This document shows positions 31,741 to 40,820 of a stretch of 64,000 bases of DNA, in pieces. The stretch is from the NCBI GenBank assembly GCA_965205265.1, contig CBDBGH010000003.1:1760001-1824000 (forward strand), read 5' to 3'. The stretch comes from Alphaproteobacteria bacterium. GTDB lineage: Bacteria; Pseudomonadota; Alphaproteobacteria; Bin95. Both the position numbers and the translations under genes were made by a program. Under the pieces are notes generated by a model. The model had not been told where the DNA came from, made no database searches, and saw only the letters and a program-made list of their open reading frames with translations. The stretch's first letter is position 1. Each line of letters begins with the position of its first letter.

Positions 31741-32444
31741 CGGGCGTCCTGCCGCATACCGCCATGGTGCTGGCCGCCGGGCTCGGCTCGCGTCTCGGCG
31801 ACGGGCCGCCGAAGCCGCTCCGGCACGTCGGCGGCCGGGCGCTGATCGACCGCGCGCTCGACATGCTGAGCGAGGCCGGGGTCGCGCGCGCCGTGGTGAA
31901 CACCTACCACCGCGCGGCGGAAATCGAACCGCATCTTGCCGGACGGAGGCAGCCGGAAATCGTGATTTCCCGCGAGGCGGAACGGCTGGAAACCGGCGGC
32001 GGCGTCGCCCATGCGCTGGCGCTTCTTGGCGGCGAGCCCTTCTTCGTCCTCAACTCGGACCTCGTCTGGGGGGCGGACGGCGCGGGCTGGCTGGGCCGGC
32101 TCGCCGCCGGTTTCGACCCCCGCCGGATGGATGCACGGCTGCTGCTTTACCCGACGGCGAAGGCGGTGCATTACGATGGAATGGGCGATTTCCACATGGC
32201 GTCGGACGGGCGGCTTTGCCGGCGGCAGGACCCCGATACCGCGCCCTTCCTGTTCACCGGCGCACAAATCCTTGTCCCCGGCCTGTTCGACGACCCGCCG
32301 CCCGGCGCCTGGCGGCTGACGCGCGCCTATGACAGGGCGGAAGCGGAGGGCCGGCTCTTCGGCCTCGTCTGCGAGGGCGCGTGGCTCGACGCCGGCACGC
32401 CGGAACGCCTCGCCCACGCGGAAGCCATGCTGGCAAGCGCATGA
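31737..32444 (+). CDS. murU: MurNAc-1-phosphate uridylyltransferase
   Basis: AMVLAAGLGSRL, PKPL, LETGGG, VLNSD, WLDAGTPE. Confidence 0.88.
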   Translation: MTGVLPHTAMVLAAGLGSRLGDGPPKPLRHVGGRALIDRALDMLSEAGVARAVVNTYHRAAEIEPHLAGRRQPEIVISREAERLETGGGVAHALALLGGEPFFVLNSDLVWGADGAGWLGRLAAGFDPRRMDARLLLYPTAKAVHYDGMGDFHMASDGRLCRRQDPDTAPFLFTGAQILVPGLFDDPPPGAWRLTRAYDRAEAEGRLFGLVCEGAWLDAGTPERLAHAEAMLASA

Positions 32445-35350
32445 ATGTCGTATCCATCCCCGCGGGCGCGCCCTTCCTGGAAACGCTGGCCGGCGCGCTC
32501 ATCGACAGCCCGACGCTGGCCGACGACATCGTGCTGTTGCCGACACACCGGGCCGGGCGCGCGCTGGTCGAGGCATTCGCGGAGGCGGCGGACGGCGGCA
32601 CGCTGCTGCTGCCGCGCATCCTTTCCCTCGGGGAGCTGGACGCCGACGAAATCGCCATCCGCGCCGAAGCGGAACCGGGTCTTGCGGACGACCTCAGCCT
32701 CAAGCCCGCAATCTCCACGCTCGCCCGCCGCCTGCTGCTCGCCCGGCTGGTCATGGGGCGCGACAGGCAGATCCCGCCGGACCGCGCGCTCCAACTCGCC
32801 GGCGCGCTCGCCCGGCTGATCGACGAGGCACAATTCAACCGGCTGGACTTCGACCGCCTCGACGCCCTGGTTTCGGAAGAATTTGCGGAGCACTGGCAGG
32901 AAACGCTGGACTTCCTCTCCATCGTCACGAAAGCCTGGCCGGACATTCTGGAAGAACGGGGCCGGCTCGACCCCATCGACCGGCGCAACCAGCTCTACGA
33001 GGCCCAGATCGCCCTTTGGCGGCGGTCGCCGCCCGAAGGGCGCGTCATTGCCGCCGGCTCCACCGGCATCATGCCGGCGACGGCCGACCTGCTGGCCTGC
33101 ATCGCCGGCCTGCCGCGCGGGCTTGTCGTGCTGCCGGGGCTCGACCGCCATCTCGACGACAGGGGCTGGGAGGCGGTGGAGGAAGGGCATCCGCAATGGG
33201 CGCTGAAGCAGCTGCTCGAAAGGCTGGGCGTCGAGCGCGCCGCGGTGCCGGACTGGCCGGAAACCCGGCCCGTAGCCCGCAGCCGGCTGGTGGCCGAAGC
33301 CATGCGGCCGGCGGAGACGACCGAGGCCTGGCGGAGCCTTGCGCCCGGCATCGGCGACGGCGCGGAAGGGTTGACGGTCGCCCGCTTCGCCAATCCCGCG
33401 GCCGAGGCCGGCGCCGTCGCCCTCATGCTGCGCGACGCGGTGGAGCGCGGCGAGAGCGCCGCCCTGGTGACGCCCGACCGGGACCTCGCCCGGCGGGTCT
33501 CGGTGGAGCTCGGGCGCTGGGGCCTGCTGGCGGACGACAGCGCCGGCGCGCCGCTCGGCAGGACGCCCGCCGGCGCGTTCCTGCGCCTTGTCGCCCATGC
33601 GGCGGCGGTGGATTTTGCGCCCGCCGAACTGCTGGCCGCCCTCAAGCATCCGCTCGCAGCCTGCGGCATGGAGCCCACGCGCTTCCGCCGCGCCGTCCGC
33701 CGGCTGGAACGGGCGCTGCTGCGCGGCCCCCGCCCCGGCAACGGGCTGGACGGGCTTCTGCAGGCAGCGAAAAGAGCGAGGGACAAGCGTATCGGCAAGA
33801 CGGCCCGCCGGATTGCCCGGGCTTTTCATCCGCTGCGGGCGCTCCACCGGCGGCAGGCGGCGCCGCTGGCCGACCTGCTGGCGGCGCATGTCGGGACGGC
33901 AGAGAAGCTCGCCGGCGAAACCGGCCTCTGGCGCGGCGCGGATGGCGAAGCGGCGGCGGCGCTTCTGGCGGACCTCAGTGAAACGGCCGGGGCCTGGCCG
34001 CCCATCCAGCCCGCCGACTATGCCGCGCTGTTCGACGAGCTTGCCGCCGGGCAGACGGTGCGCATGGCTCGCCCGCGCCATCCGGGCCTCACCATTCTGG
34101 GGCCGCTGGAAGCGCGGCTGCAACGCGCGGGCCGGCTGGTACTCGCCGGGCTGAACCAGGGCGCGTGGCCGGCCGATCCCGCGCCCGACCCGTGGATGAG
34201 CCGCGAGATGCGCATCCAGTTCGGCCTGCCGCCGGCGGAGGTCCGGCAGGGTCTTGCCGCGCACGATTTCGCCCAGGCGCTGAACTCCGGCGAGGTCATC
34301 CTGACGCGCTCCGAGCGGGTGGGCACGGACCCGACCGTGCCCTCCCCCTGGCTGCAACGCCTCGAAACCGTGGCCCGGGCGCTCGGACGCGATCTCGAGG
34401 ACCGGCGCTGGGCCCATTGGCAGGAGGAGCTCGACCGGCCGGAAGAGGTGCGGCCCGCCGGTCCGCCGAAGCCCTGCCCGCCCGTGGCGGCGCGCCCTCG
34501 CAAGCTTTCGGCCACCCACGTCACAACCTGGCTCCAGGACCCTTACAGCATCTACGCCCGGCAGATTCTCGATCTGCGCCCGCTCGACCCCATCGACGCG
34601 GACCCGGAAGCGCGCGACTTCGGCTCCACGATCCACGAGGCGCTGGAGCGCTTCATGCGCGACTATCCGGGCCCCGACCTGCCGGACGAGGCCTGGGACC
34701 ATCTGCTCGCCATCGGCGAGGAGGCGTTCGCGGCCTTTGCGGACCGGCCTCTGGCGGCGGTCTTCTGGAACCGGCGGTTCGAACGCGCGGCGCGGAATGT
34801 CTGGGCCATCGAGACGGAGCGCCGGCCGGGCATCGAGCGCATCCTGACCGAGATCCGGGGCGAGACGCGGCTCGACGGCCCGGCGGGGTCCTTCACCCTC
34901 ACGGCCCGCGCGGACAGGGTGGAGCTGCGGGCCGGCGGCGGGCTTGTCATCGTCGATTACAAGTCCGGCAACCCGCCCTCGGCGACGGATGTCGTGCGGC
35001 GCACGGCGCGGCAATTGCCTATCGAAGCCATCATTGCAGAGGCGGGCGGATTCACCGACTGTCCCGCGGGCGCCGCCTCCGAGCTGGAATACTGGCGCAC
35101 CGGCGGCGGGCGCGGCGACCGGCCGGCACCGCTGAGGGTAGCCCGCCAAGGCGAGAAGCCGGGCAAATTGCGCGGGCCCTACAATATCGGGGAGGTCGTC
35201 AAGGCCACGCGCGAGGGCCTTTTGCGCTTCGTTGCCGCCTTCGACGAGGAAGCCATGCCCTATCTCGCCGAGCCAAGGCCGGAATTCGCCGGCGGCTATA
35301 ACGACTACCGGCATCTTTCGAGGAAGGACGAATGGTCGAGGCGGCTCTGA
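32441..35350 (+). CDS. addB: Double-strand break repair protein AddB
   Basis: SIPAGAPFLETLA, IAAGSTG, HPQWALKQLL, ALVTPDRDLARRV, LSATHVTTWLQDPYSIYAR, TARADRV..IVDYKSG. Confidence 0.95.
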   Translation: MNVVSIPAGAPFLETLAGALIDSPTLADDIVLLPTHRAGRALVEAFAEAADGGTLLLPRILSLGELDADEIAIRAEAEPGLADDLSLKPAISTLARRLLLARLVMGRDRQIPPDRALQLAGALARLIDEAQFNRLDFDRLDALVSEEFAEHWQETLDFLSIVTKAWPDILEERGRLDPIDRRNQLYEAQIALWRRSPPEGRVIAAGSTGIMPATADLLACIAGLPRGLVVLPGLDRHLDDRGWEAVEEGHPQWALKQLLERLGVERAAVPDWPETRPVARSRLVAEAMRPAETTEAWRSLAPGIGDGAEGLTVARFANPAAEAGAVALMLRDAVERGESAALVTPDRDLARRVSVELGRWGLLADDSAGAPLGRTPAGAFLRLVAHAAAVDFAPAELLAALKHPLAACGMEPTRFRRAVRRLERALLRGPRPGNGLDGLLQAAKRARDKRIGKTARRIARAFHPLRALHRRQAAPLADLLAAHVGTAEKLAGETGLWRGADGEAAAALLADLSETAGAWPPIQPADYAALFDELAAGQTVRMARPRHPGLTILGPLEARLQRAGRLVLAGLNQGAWPADPAPDPWMSREMRIQFGLPPAEVRQGLAAHDFAQALNSGEVILTRSERVGTDPTVPSPWLQRLETVARALGRDLEDRRWAHWQEELDRPEEVRPAGPPKPCPPVAARPRKLSATHVTTWLQDPYSIYARQILDLRPLDPIDADPEARDFGSTIHEALERFMRDYPGPDLPDEAWDHLLAIGEEAFAAFADRPLAAVFWNRRFERAARNVWAIETERRPGIERILTEIRGETRLDGPAGSFTLTARADRVELRAGGGLVIVDYKSGNPPSATDVVRRTARQLPIEAIIAEAGGFTDCPAGAASELEYWRTGGGRGDRPAPLRVARQGEKPGKLRGPYNIGEVVKATREGLLRFVAAFDEEAMPYLAEPRPEFAGGYNDYRHLSRKDEWSRRL

Positions 35351-38300
35351 ACCCCGCCGTCGAGGCCGCGACCGCGCAGCAGCGCCGCGCCGCCGACCCG
35401 GAGGCGTCCGCCTGGGTGGACGCCAATGCCGGCTCCGGCAAGACCAAGGTGCTCGCCGACCGCGTGCTGGCGCTGCTGCTTGGGGACGTGCCGCCGGAAC
35501 GCATTCTCTGCCTGACCTACACCCGCGCGGCCGCGGCCGAAATGCGCATCCGCATAGAGCGTGAGCTGGCCGGCTGGGCCACCGCCCCGGACGAAGACCT
35601 CGACAAGGCCCTCGTCCGGCTGGGCGCCGAGGCTCCGGACGGAGACGGGCGGGATCGCGCGCGCCGCCTGTTCGCCCGCACGGTCGATGCGCCGGTCGGG
35701 CTCCGCATCGACACGATCCATGCCTTTTGCCAGAGCCTGCTCGGGCGCTTCCCCATCGAAGCCGGAGTCTCGCCCTGGTTCCAGCTTGCAGACGAACGCG
35801 AGGCGCTGACCCGGCAGGCGAACGCCCGCGACGCCGTGCTGGAGCGGCGCGAAGACGGACTCGACGGCGCTGTCGCCGAGGTCGCCGACAACCTCTCGGA
35901 ATACAATATCCGCGCCTTCATCGCCGAACTGCTGCGCAATCGCAGCGCCTTCGGGCCACAGGCGCTCGCCGCGCTGGAGGCAGGGCTGGTCCTGCCCGAG
36001 GTCCCCGAACGCACGAAAAAGGGGATGAAAGCGCTGCAGGAGGCGGCGTCGATCCTGGCGGGAGGAACTGTAACCGACAAGCGGCACGCCGCGAGCCTGC
36101 AACGCTGGGCCGACACCGAGGCTCCCTCCGACGACGACATCGAGGAGGTGCGCAAGGTCTTCTACAAGTCGAACGGCGAGCCGCGCGAGGAAATCGGCAC
36201 GAAGAACCTCGTCGGCGGAGAATGCCTGCCGGGCCTGCTGGACGAGGAATGCGAACGGATCGAGCGGATGCGCCAATACCGCCGGATCGAGGCCACGCTC
36301 AACGCCTCCAGGGCGGCGCTGGCGCTGGGAGAGGCCGTGGACGGCGAATACCGCCGGTCCAAGGGCCGGGCCGGGCTGCTCGACTATGACGACCTGATCG
36401 AGAGCGCGCTCGGCCTCTTGCAGAGCCGCTCCGCCGCCTGGGTGCATTACAAGCTCGACCGGGGCATCGACCATGTGCTGATCGACGAGGCGCAGGACAC
36501 GAGTCCCTCGCAATGGGGGCTTGTCGAGGCGCTGACGCAGGAGTTCTTCGCCGGCGAGGGCGCGGGCGAAGAGACGCGCACGCTCTTCGCCGTGGGCGAC
36601 CCCAAGCAGTCCATCTACCGCTTCCAGGGCGCGGAGCCGAAGAAATTCGGGGACATGCGCGAGACATTCCGGACGCGGGCGGAGGGGGCCGGCCGGCGCT
36701 GGGAGGACGTGCCGCTGGAGGTCTCCTTCCGCGCGGCTCCGGTGCTTCTGGAGGCGGTTGACGCGGTGTTCGCCGGCGGGGACGGGCCGGACCTCGGGAT
36801 CGGCGGAGCGGCGCCCCGCCACCGGGCAAGCCGCGCCGGCGCGGGCGGGCGCGTCGAGATCTGGCCGCTCGAAATCGGCGAGAACCGGAAGCCGGGAGAT
36901 CCGTTCGAGCCGCCCACTGAATATTTCCACGAGGATGCGGCCGAGACGGCGCTTGCTGACCGGGTCGCCCGGTGCATCGCAAGCTGGCTCGAACGCGGCG
37001 AGCCGGTAGCCCCCGGCGGGCGGCCCATGCGCGCGGGCGACATCATGATCCTGCTGCCGCGCCGCTCCGGCCGGGCCTTCATCCCGCGCGTCATTGCGGC
37101 GCTGAAGCAGGCGGGCGTGCCTGTCGCCGGCATCGACCGCATGACGCTCGCCGAGGAGCTTGCGGTCATGGACCTCGCGGCCATCGGCGATTTCGTCCTG
37201 CTGCCGGAGGACGACCTGACTCTCGCGACGGTTCTCAAGGGGCCGCTGTTCGGCTTCGACGACGCGGCGCTGTTCGAGCTTGCCCGCGGCCGTGAAGGCA
37301 CGCTCTGGGCCGCGCTCGGCAAGCGCCGGGAGACGGAGCGGTTCGGCTCCTGCTTCGAGGCGCTGGGCGCGCTGCTCGGCAAGGCGGATTATGTCGGCGT
37401 CCACGCCTTCTTCGCGGACCTGCTGGCGGAAGGCGGGCTGCGCCGGAAGATCGCGGCCCGGCTCGGCGAAGAAGCGAACGACCCGATAGACGAGTTCCTG
37501 AACGCCGCGCTCGACTATGAGCGCCGCCATGCCTCCAGCCTGCAGGGCTTCCTGCAATGGCTCAGGAGCGGCGAGGCGGAGGTGAAGCGCCAACTCGACC
37601 AGCGGGACCGCAACGAGGTGCGGGTCAGCACCGTCCACGGCGCCAAGGGGCTGGAGGCGCCGGTGGTCATCCTGCCGGACACCGCCGCCGCTCCGGCCCA
37701 TCCGAGCCGCCGCCAGGCGCTCTACCGCGACGGCGGCCTGCTGCTCTGGCCGCCCTCCACGAACAGGGACCGGATCGACCCGGTATCCGAAGCCTTGCTG
37801 GACAGGGCCGATCGGGAAGACGAAGAAGAACAACGCCGCCTGCTTTATGTGGCCATGACCCGCGCGGCCGACCGGCTGGTGGTCTGCGGGTGGAACAACA
37901 GCGGCAGGAAGCTGCCGGACGATTGTTGGTACAACGCCATCCGGGACAGGCTGGCGCCCTGCATGGCGGAGGAGGACGACCCGGATTTCGACGAACCGCT
38001 GCTGGCGATGGAGCGGCGCGGGGCGGAAGCGGAAGCGGCGCGCCCGGCGGCGGACCGGGAGACTGCCCCTCCCCTTCCGGGCTGGGCCCGCGCGCCGGTT
38101 GCGGCACAGCCGGTCCCGCCTCCCGGCGACGACGAGGGGGCGTCCGCTCCCACCTCCCCGCTTCGCGGCGGGTCGGCCGGGCGTTTCCGGCGGGGCCGGG
38201 CGGTCCACAAGCTGCTGGAACTGCTGCCGGAGATCGCGCCCGAACGGCGCCTCGATGCCGCGCTCGGGTTCCTCGCTGCCGATCCCGAACTGGCTGGCGA

Positions 38301-38667
38301 CGCCGAAGCAACGGCCCGCGAGGCGCTGGCGGTGCTCGACGATCCCGCTTTCAGTCCCGTGTTCGGCCCCCACAGCCGGGCGGAAGCGCCGCTTGTCGGG
38401 CGAATCGGCGGCGAGGTCGTGAGCGCGCGCATCGACCGGCTGGCGCTTCTGCCGGAGGAAACGCTGATCGTCGATTTCAAGAGCGGGCGCGCCCCGCCTG
38501 CCGATCCGGCAGAGGCCCCGGCGGCCTATCTGCGGCAATTGGCGCGCTATGTCGCGCTCTTGCGGCAGATACGGCCGGAGCATCCAGTCCGCGCGGCGCT
38601 GCTCTGGACCGAGGCGCCCCTGCTGATGCCGATTCCCGAAAGCTGCCTTGCGCCATATATGCCTTGA
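35332..38667 (+). CDS. addA: Double-strand break repair helicase-nuclease AddA
   Basis: ANAGSGKTKVL, CLTYTRAAAAEM, LIDEAQDT, VGDPKQSIYRFQGA, TVHGAKGLE, LLYVAMTRA, IDRL..IVDFKS. Confidence 0.96.
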   Translation: MVEAALNPAVEAATAQQRRAADPEASAWVDANAGSGKTKVLADRVLALLLGDVPPERILCLTYTRAAAAEMRIRIERELAGWATAPDEDLDKALVRLGAEAPDGDGRDRARRLFARTVDAPVGLRIDTIHAFCQSLLGRFPIEAGVSPWFQLADEREALTRQANARDAVLERREDGLDGAVAEVADNLSEYNIRAFIAELLRNRSAFGPQALAALEAGLVLPEVPERTKKGMKALQEAASILAGGTVTDKRHAASLQRWADTEAPSDDDIEEVRKVFYKSNGEPREEIGTKNLVGGECLPGLLDEECERIERMRQYRRIEATLNASRAALALGEAVDGEYRRSKGRAGLLDYDDLIESALGLLQSRSAAWVHYKLDRGIDHVLIDEAQDTSPSQWGLVEALTQEFFAGEGAGEETRTLFAVGDPKQSIYRFQGAEPKKFGDMRETFRTRAEGAGRRWEDVPLEVSFRAAPVLLEAVDAVFAGGDGPDLGIGGAAPRHRASRAGAGGRVEIWPLEIGENRKPGDPFEPPTEYFHEDAAETALADRVARCIASWLERGEPVAPGGRPMRAGDIMILLPRRSGRAFIPRVIAALKQAGVPVAGIDRMTLAEELAVMDLAAIGDFVLLPEDDLTLATVLKGPLFGFDDAALFELARGREGTLWAALGKRRETERFGSCFEALGALLGKADYVGVHAFFADLLAEGGLRRKIAARLGEEANDPIDEFLNAALDYERRHASSLQGFLQWLRSGEAEVKRQLDQRDRNEVRVSTVHGAKGLEAPVVILPDTAAAPAHPSRRQALYRDGGLLLWPPSTNRDRIDPVSEALLDRADREDEEEQRRLLYVAMTRAADRLVVCGWNNSGRKLPDDCWYNAIRDRLAPCMAEEDDPDFDEPLLAMERRGAEAEAARPAADRETAPPLPGWARAPVAAQPVPPPGDDEGASAPTSPLRGGSAGRFRRGRAVHKLLELLPEIAPERRLDAALGFLAADPELAGDAEATAREALAVLDDPAFSPVFGPHSRAEAPLVGRIGGEVVSARIDRLALLPEETLIVDFKSGRAPPADPAEAPAAYLRQLARYVALLRQIRPEHPVRAALLWTEAPLLMPIPESCLAPYMP

Positions 38668-38729
38668 CGGCCGGGCGCTTTGCGGCCACTTGAAGGCGAA
38701 TGGCGGATGACTTCTCGGGAGGGACCGGA

Positions 38730-39050
38730 ATGGCCACGCGGCACACGACGGATGCGAGTTTCGATGAGGACGTAAGGCAGGCGGCCAAGCCCGTCGTGGT
38801 CGATTTCTGGGCCGAATGGTGCGGCCCCTGCAAGCAGATCGCGCCCTTCCTCGAGGACATCGCGTCCGAAATGGAAGAGCGTCTCGACGTCGTGAAGCTC
38901 GATATCGACGACAATCCGAAGACCCCCGGCGAACTCGGCGTGCGCGGCATCCCGACGCTCATGGTCTTCCGCGACGGCGAGATGGTCGCCCAGCGCGTCG
39001 GCGCCATGCCCAAAAGCGCGCTCAAGCAGTGGCTCGACTCGGTGGTGTGA
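38730..39050 (+). CDS. trxA: Thioredoxin
   Basis: VDFWAEWCGPCK, GVRGIPTL. Confidence 0.97.
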   Translation: MATRHTTDASFDEDVRQAAKPVVVDFWAEWCGPCKQIAPFLEDIASEMEERLDVVKLDIDDNPKTPGELGVRGIPTLMVFRDGEMVAQRVGAMPKSALKQWLDSVV

Positions 39051-39122
39051 GCGGGCGGCAGGGGTAAGACCGGCCGACTGCACCCCTTGCCACAATCTTG
39101 GACGGTCGGCAGAGTCTCGGGC

Positions 39123-39362
39123 ATGACGTGGTGGCAGGTCATAACGCTTGCAGGCGCGTTCGTCGGCACGGCCGGCGTCGTTGCGACGTTGATCCTGCGG
39201 ACGACCGCCCGCCTCGACAAGCGGATCGATGGCGTACATGAGGAAGCGGTCGCTGACAGGCGGCAATGGCAGGCGACAATGGATGCCTTCCGCCAGGAAA
39301 TGCTCCGTCTGGCCGAGCGCCAGTCCCGAACCGAAGGCAGGCTTGAAGCCGGCGACGACTAG
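39123..39362 (+). CDS. Small TM + coiled-coil hypothetical protein (2)
   Basis: MTWWQVITLAGAFVGTAGVVATLIL followed by TTARLDKRIDG...LAERQSRTEGRLE. Confidence 0.7.
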   Translation: MTWWQVITLAGAFVGTAGVVATLILRTTARLDKRIDGVHEEAVADRRQWQATMDAFRQEMLRLAERQSRTEGRLEAGDD

Positions 39363-39396
39363 GACGCCCGGTTTCGCGACCTGCCGATGGAAGCGC

Positions 39397-39436
39397 CGTC
39401 CTTCGATACGCGGCTTCGCCGCTACTCAGGACGAGG
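39397..39436. repeat. REP-like palindromic element (CGTCCTTCGA...CTCAGGACG type)
   Basis: CGTCCTTCGATACGCGGCTTCGCCGCTACTCAGGACGAGG; nested hairpin resembling a common alphaproteobacterial intergenic repeat; single copy in the window. Confidence 0.6.
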
Positions 39437-39471
39437 GTTTGCCGAATTCAAACATCTGTCGCTCCACCGCC

Positions 39472-39500
39472 GTGACAGCCCGGCCGCACGGGGGTAGCTT
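39472..39500 (+). promoter_or_regulatory. Putative sigma70 promoter of Uma2 copy 2
   Basis: GTGACA-N17-TAGCTT, matching the copy 1 layout. Confidence 0.55.
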
Positions 39501-39530
39501 GAGGCGGCGCCGGGAAGCGGAGCGGACAGC

Positions 39531-40094
39531 ATGAACGCGAAGGCAGCCCCGGCCCGCAGGGCGAGCTACCGGGACGTGCTCGATGCGCCGCCGCATATGG
39601 TGGCGGAGATCGTGGACGGCGTACTGCACCTCCAGCGGAGGCCCGGTTCGCTGCCGGCTCTGGCGAAATCGGCCCTCGGCAGCGGGATCGGCGCTGCCTT
39701 CCACATAGGCCGGGACGGACCGGGCGGCTGGTGGATCGTCGATGAACCCGAACTTCATTTCGGCGAAGACATCCTGGTTCCCGACATTGCCGGGTGGCGG
39801 CGGGAGCGCATGCCCGCAATTCCCGACGTGGCCTATCTGACGCTTGCGCCGGACTGGGTGTGCGAGGTTCTTTCCCCCTCCACGCGGACACTGGACCTCG
39901 AAGGGAAGCGCCCGGTCTATGCGCGGGAGGGCGTCGGTCATCTCTGGCTCGTGGACCCGTCCGCCCGGACCCTGGAGGCGTTCGCGCTCGGGAACGGCGA
40001 GTGGACGACAACCGACGCGGCGCGCGGGGACGAGCCGGTGTCCCTCCCGCCCTTCGAGGCGGTGGCCTTCCCCCTCGGCGCCCTCTGGCCCTGA
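39531..40094 (+). CDS. Uma2 (DUF820) family endonuclease, copy 2
   Basis: Close paralogue of 5376-5948 (DVLDAPPHMVAEIVDG, GPGGWWIVDEPEL, APDWVCEVLSPST, ends ALWP). Confidence 0.93.
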   Translation: MNAKAAPARRASYRDVLDAPPHMVAEIVDGVLHLQRRPGSLPALAKSALGSGIGAAFHIGRDGPGGWWIVDEPELHFGEDILVPDIAGWRRERMPAIPDVAYLTLAPDWVCEVLSPSTRTLDLEGKRPVYAREGVGHLWLVDPSARTLEAFALGNGEWTTTDAARGDEPVSLPPFEAVAFPLGALWP

Positions 40095-40181
40095 CGCGGC
40101 CGGCGGCAGAGCCGGCGTCTTCACAATATTTCCTCTTTGTTCTATATCTTCCCGCCACGCGGTGAGAAGGACGGAACGGAC

Positions 40182-40592
40182 ATGGGCAAAGCGCTTCCCG
40201 TGGAATTGCGGGAGCGGGTGATAGCGGCGCTGGCGGACGGGATGACCCGCCGGGAAGCGGCCCGGCTGTTCCGTGTCGGCGTGGGCACCATCGCCGGCTG
40301 GCGGCGGCTGGAGCGCCGGCGCGGCCACCTGCGGCCGAAGACCGGGACCGGCAGGACCCGCGCCTGGCGCATCGAGGCGGAGCGGGACCGGATATTCGCT
40401 CTGCTGGAGGCGGACCCGGACCTGCCCGCGAACGCGCTGTGCGCGGCGCTTCGCGAGCAGGGCCTTGTCTTCAGCCTCAGCGCGATGAAGCGCTTTCTCC
40501 GGCGGCACGGCGTCGAGCGAAAGATCGGCCGGCCGCCCGGCCGGAGCTGCACCGCCCCGGCCCCCGACGCCGCAGAGGCCGCGGGGCCGTGA
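40182..40592 (+). CDS. Orphan IS630-transposase-derived HTH protein (1), no DDE domain
   Basis: MGKALPVELRERVIAA..GMTRREAARLFRVG..W..G.LRP, PDL..L...L...G...S.SAMKRFLRRHG matches IS630 orfA; no catalytic orfB follows. Confidence 0.8.
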   Translation: MGKALPVELRERVIAALADGMTRREAARLFRVGVGTIAGWRRLERRRGHLRPKTGTGRTRAWRIEAERDRIFALLEADPDLPANALCAALREQGLVFSLSAMKRFLRRHGVERKIGRPPGRSCTAPAPDAAEAAGP

Positions 40593-40820
40593 CGCCGACG
40601 GCGGATTCGCGCTGGACCGGGTCTAACCCTTTCGGACCCTTTCCGCGCAAACCGGACGAACTTCGCCGATTGCGGGCCAGCAGACAGGCGCACCTATCCG
40701 GTTGTGCCCCCGCGCTCCTGTCTTGTCCGGCGCGGGAACCGGTTCGAAAGCTATGCCATGATGCAAGAGGCAATATAGTCCGGCCGCGACGGATCGCAAG
40801 CTTGTTCAGGAAATAAATCT

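Noticed and set aside
40439-40816. IS630 orfB in the -1 frame after HTH gene 1
   Set aside because: No slippery A-run and no DDE motifs (e.g. FIDE, DN, NPIE); at best a faint remnant.
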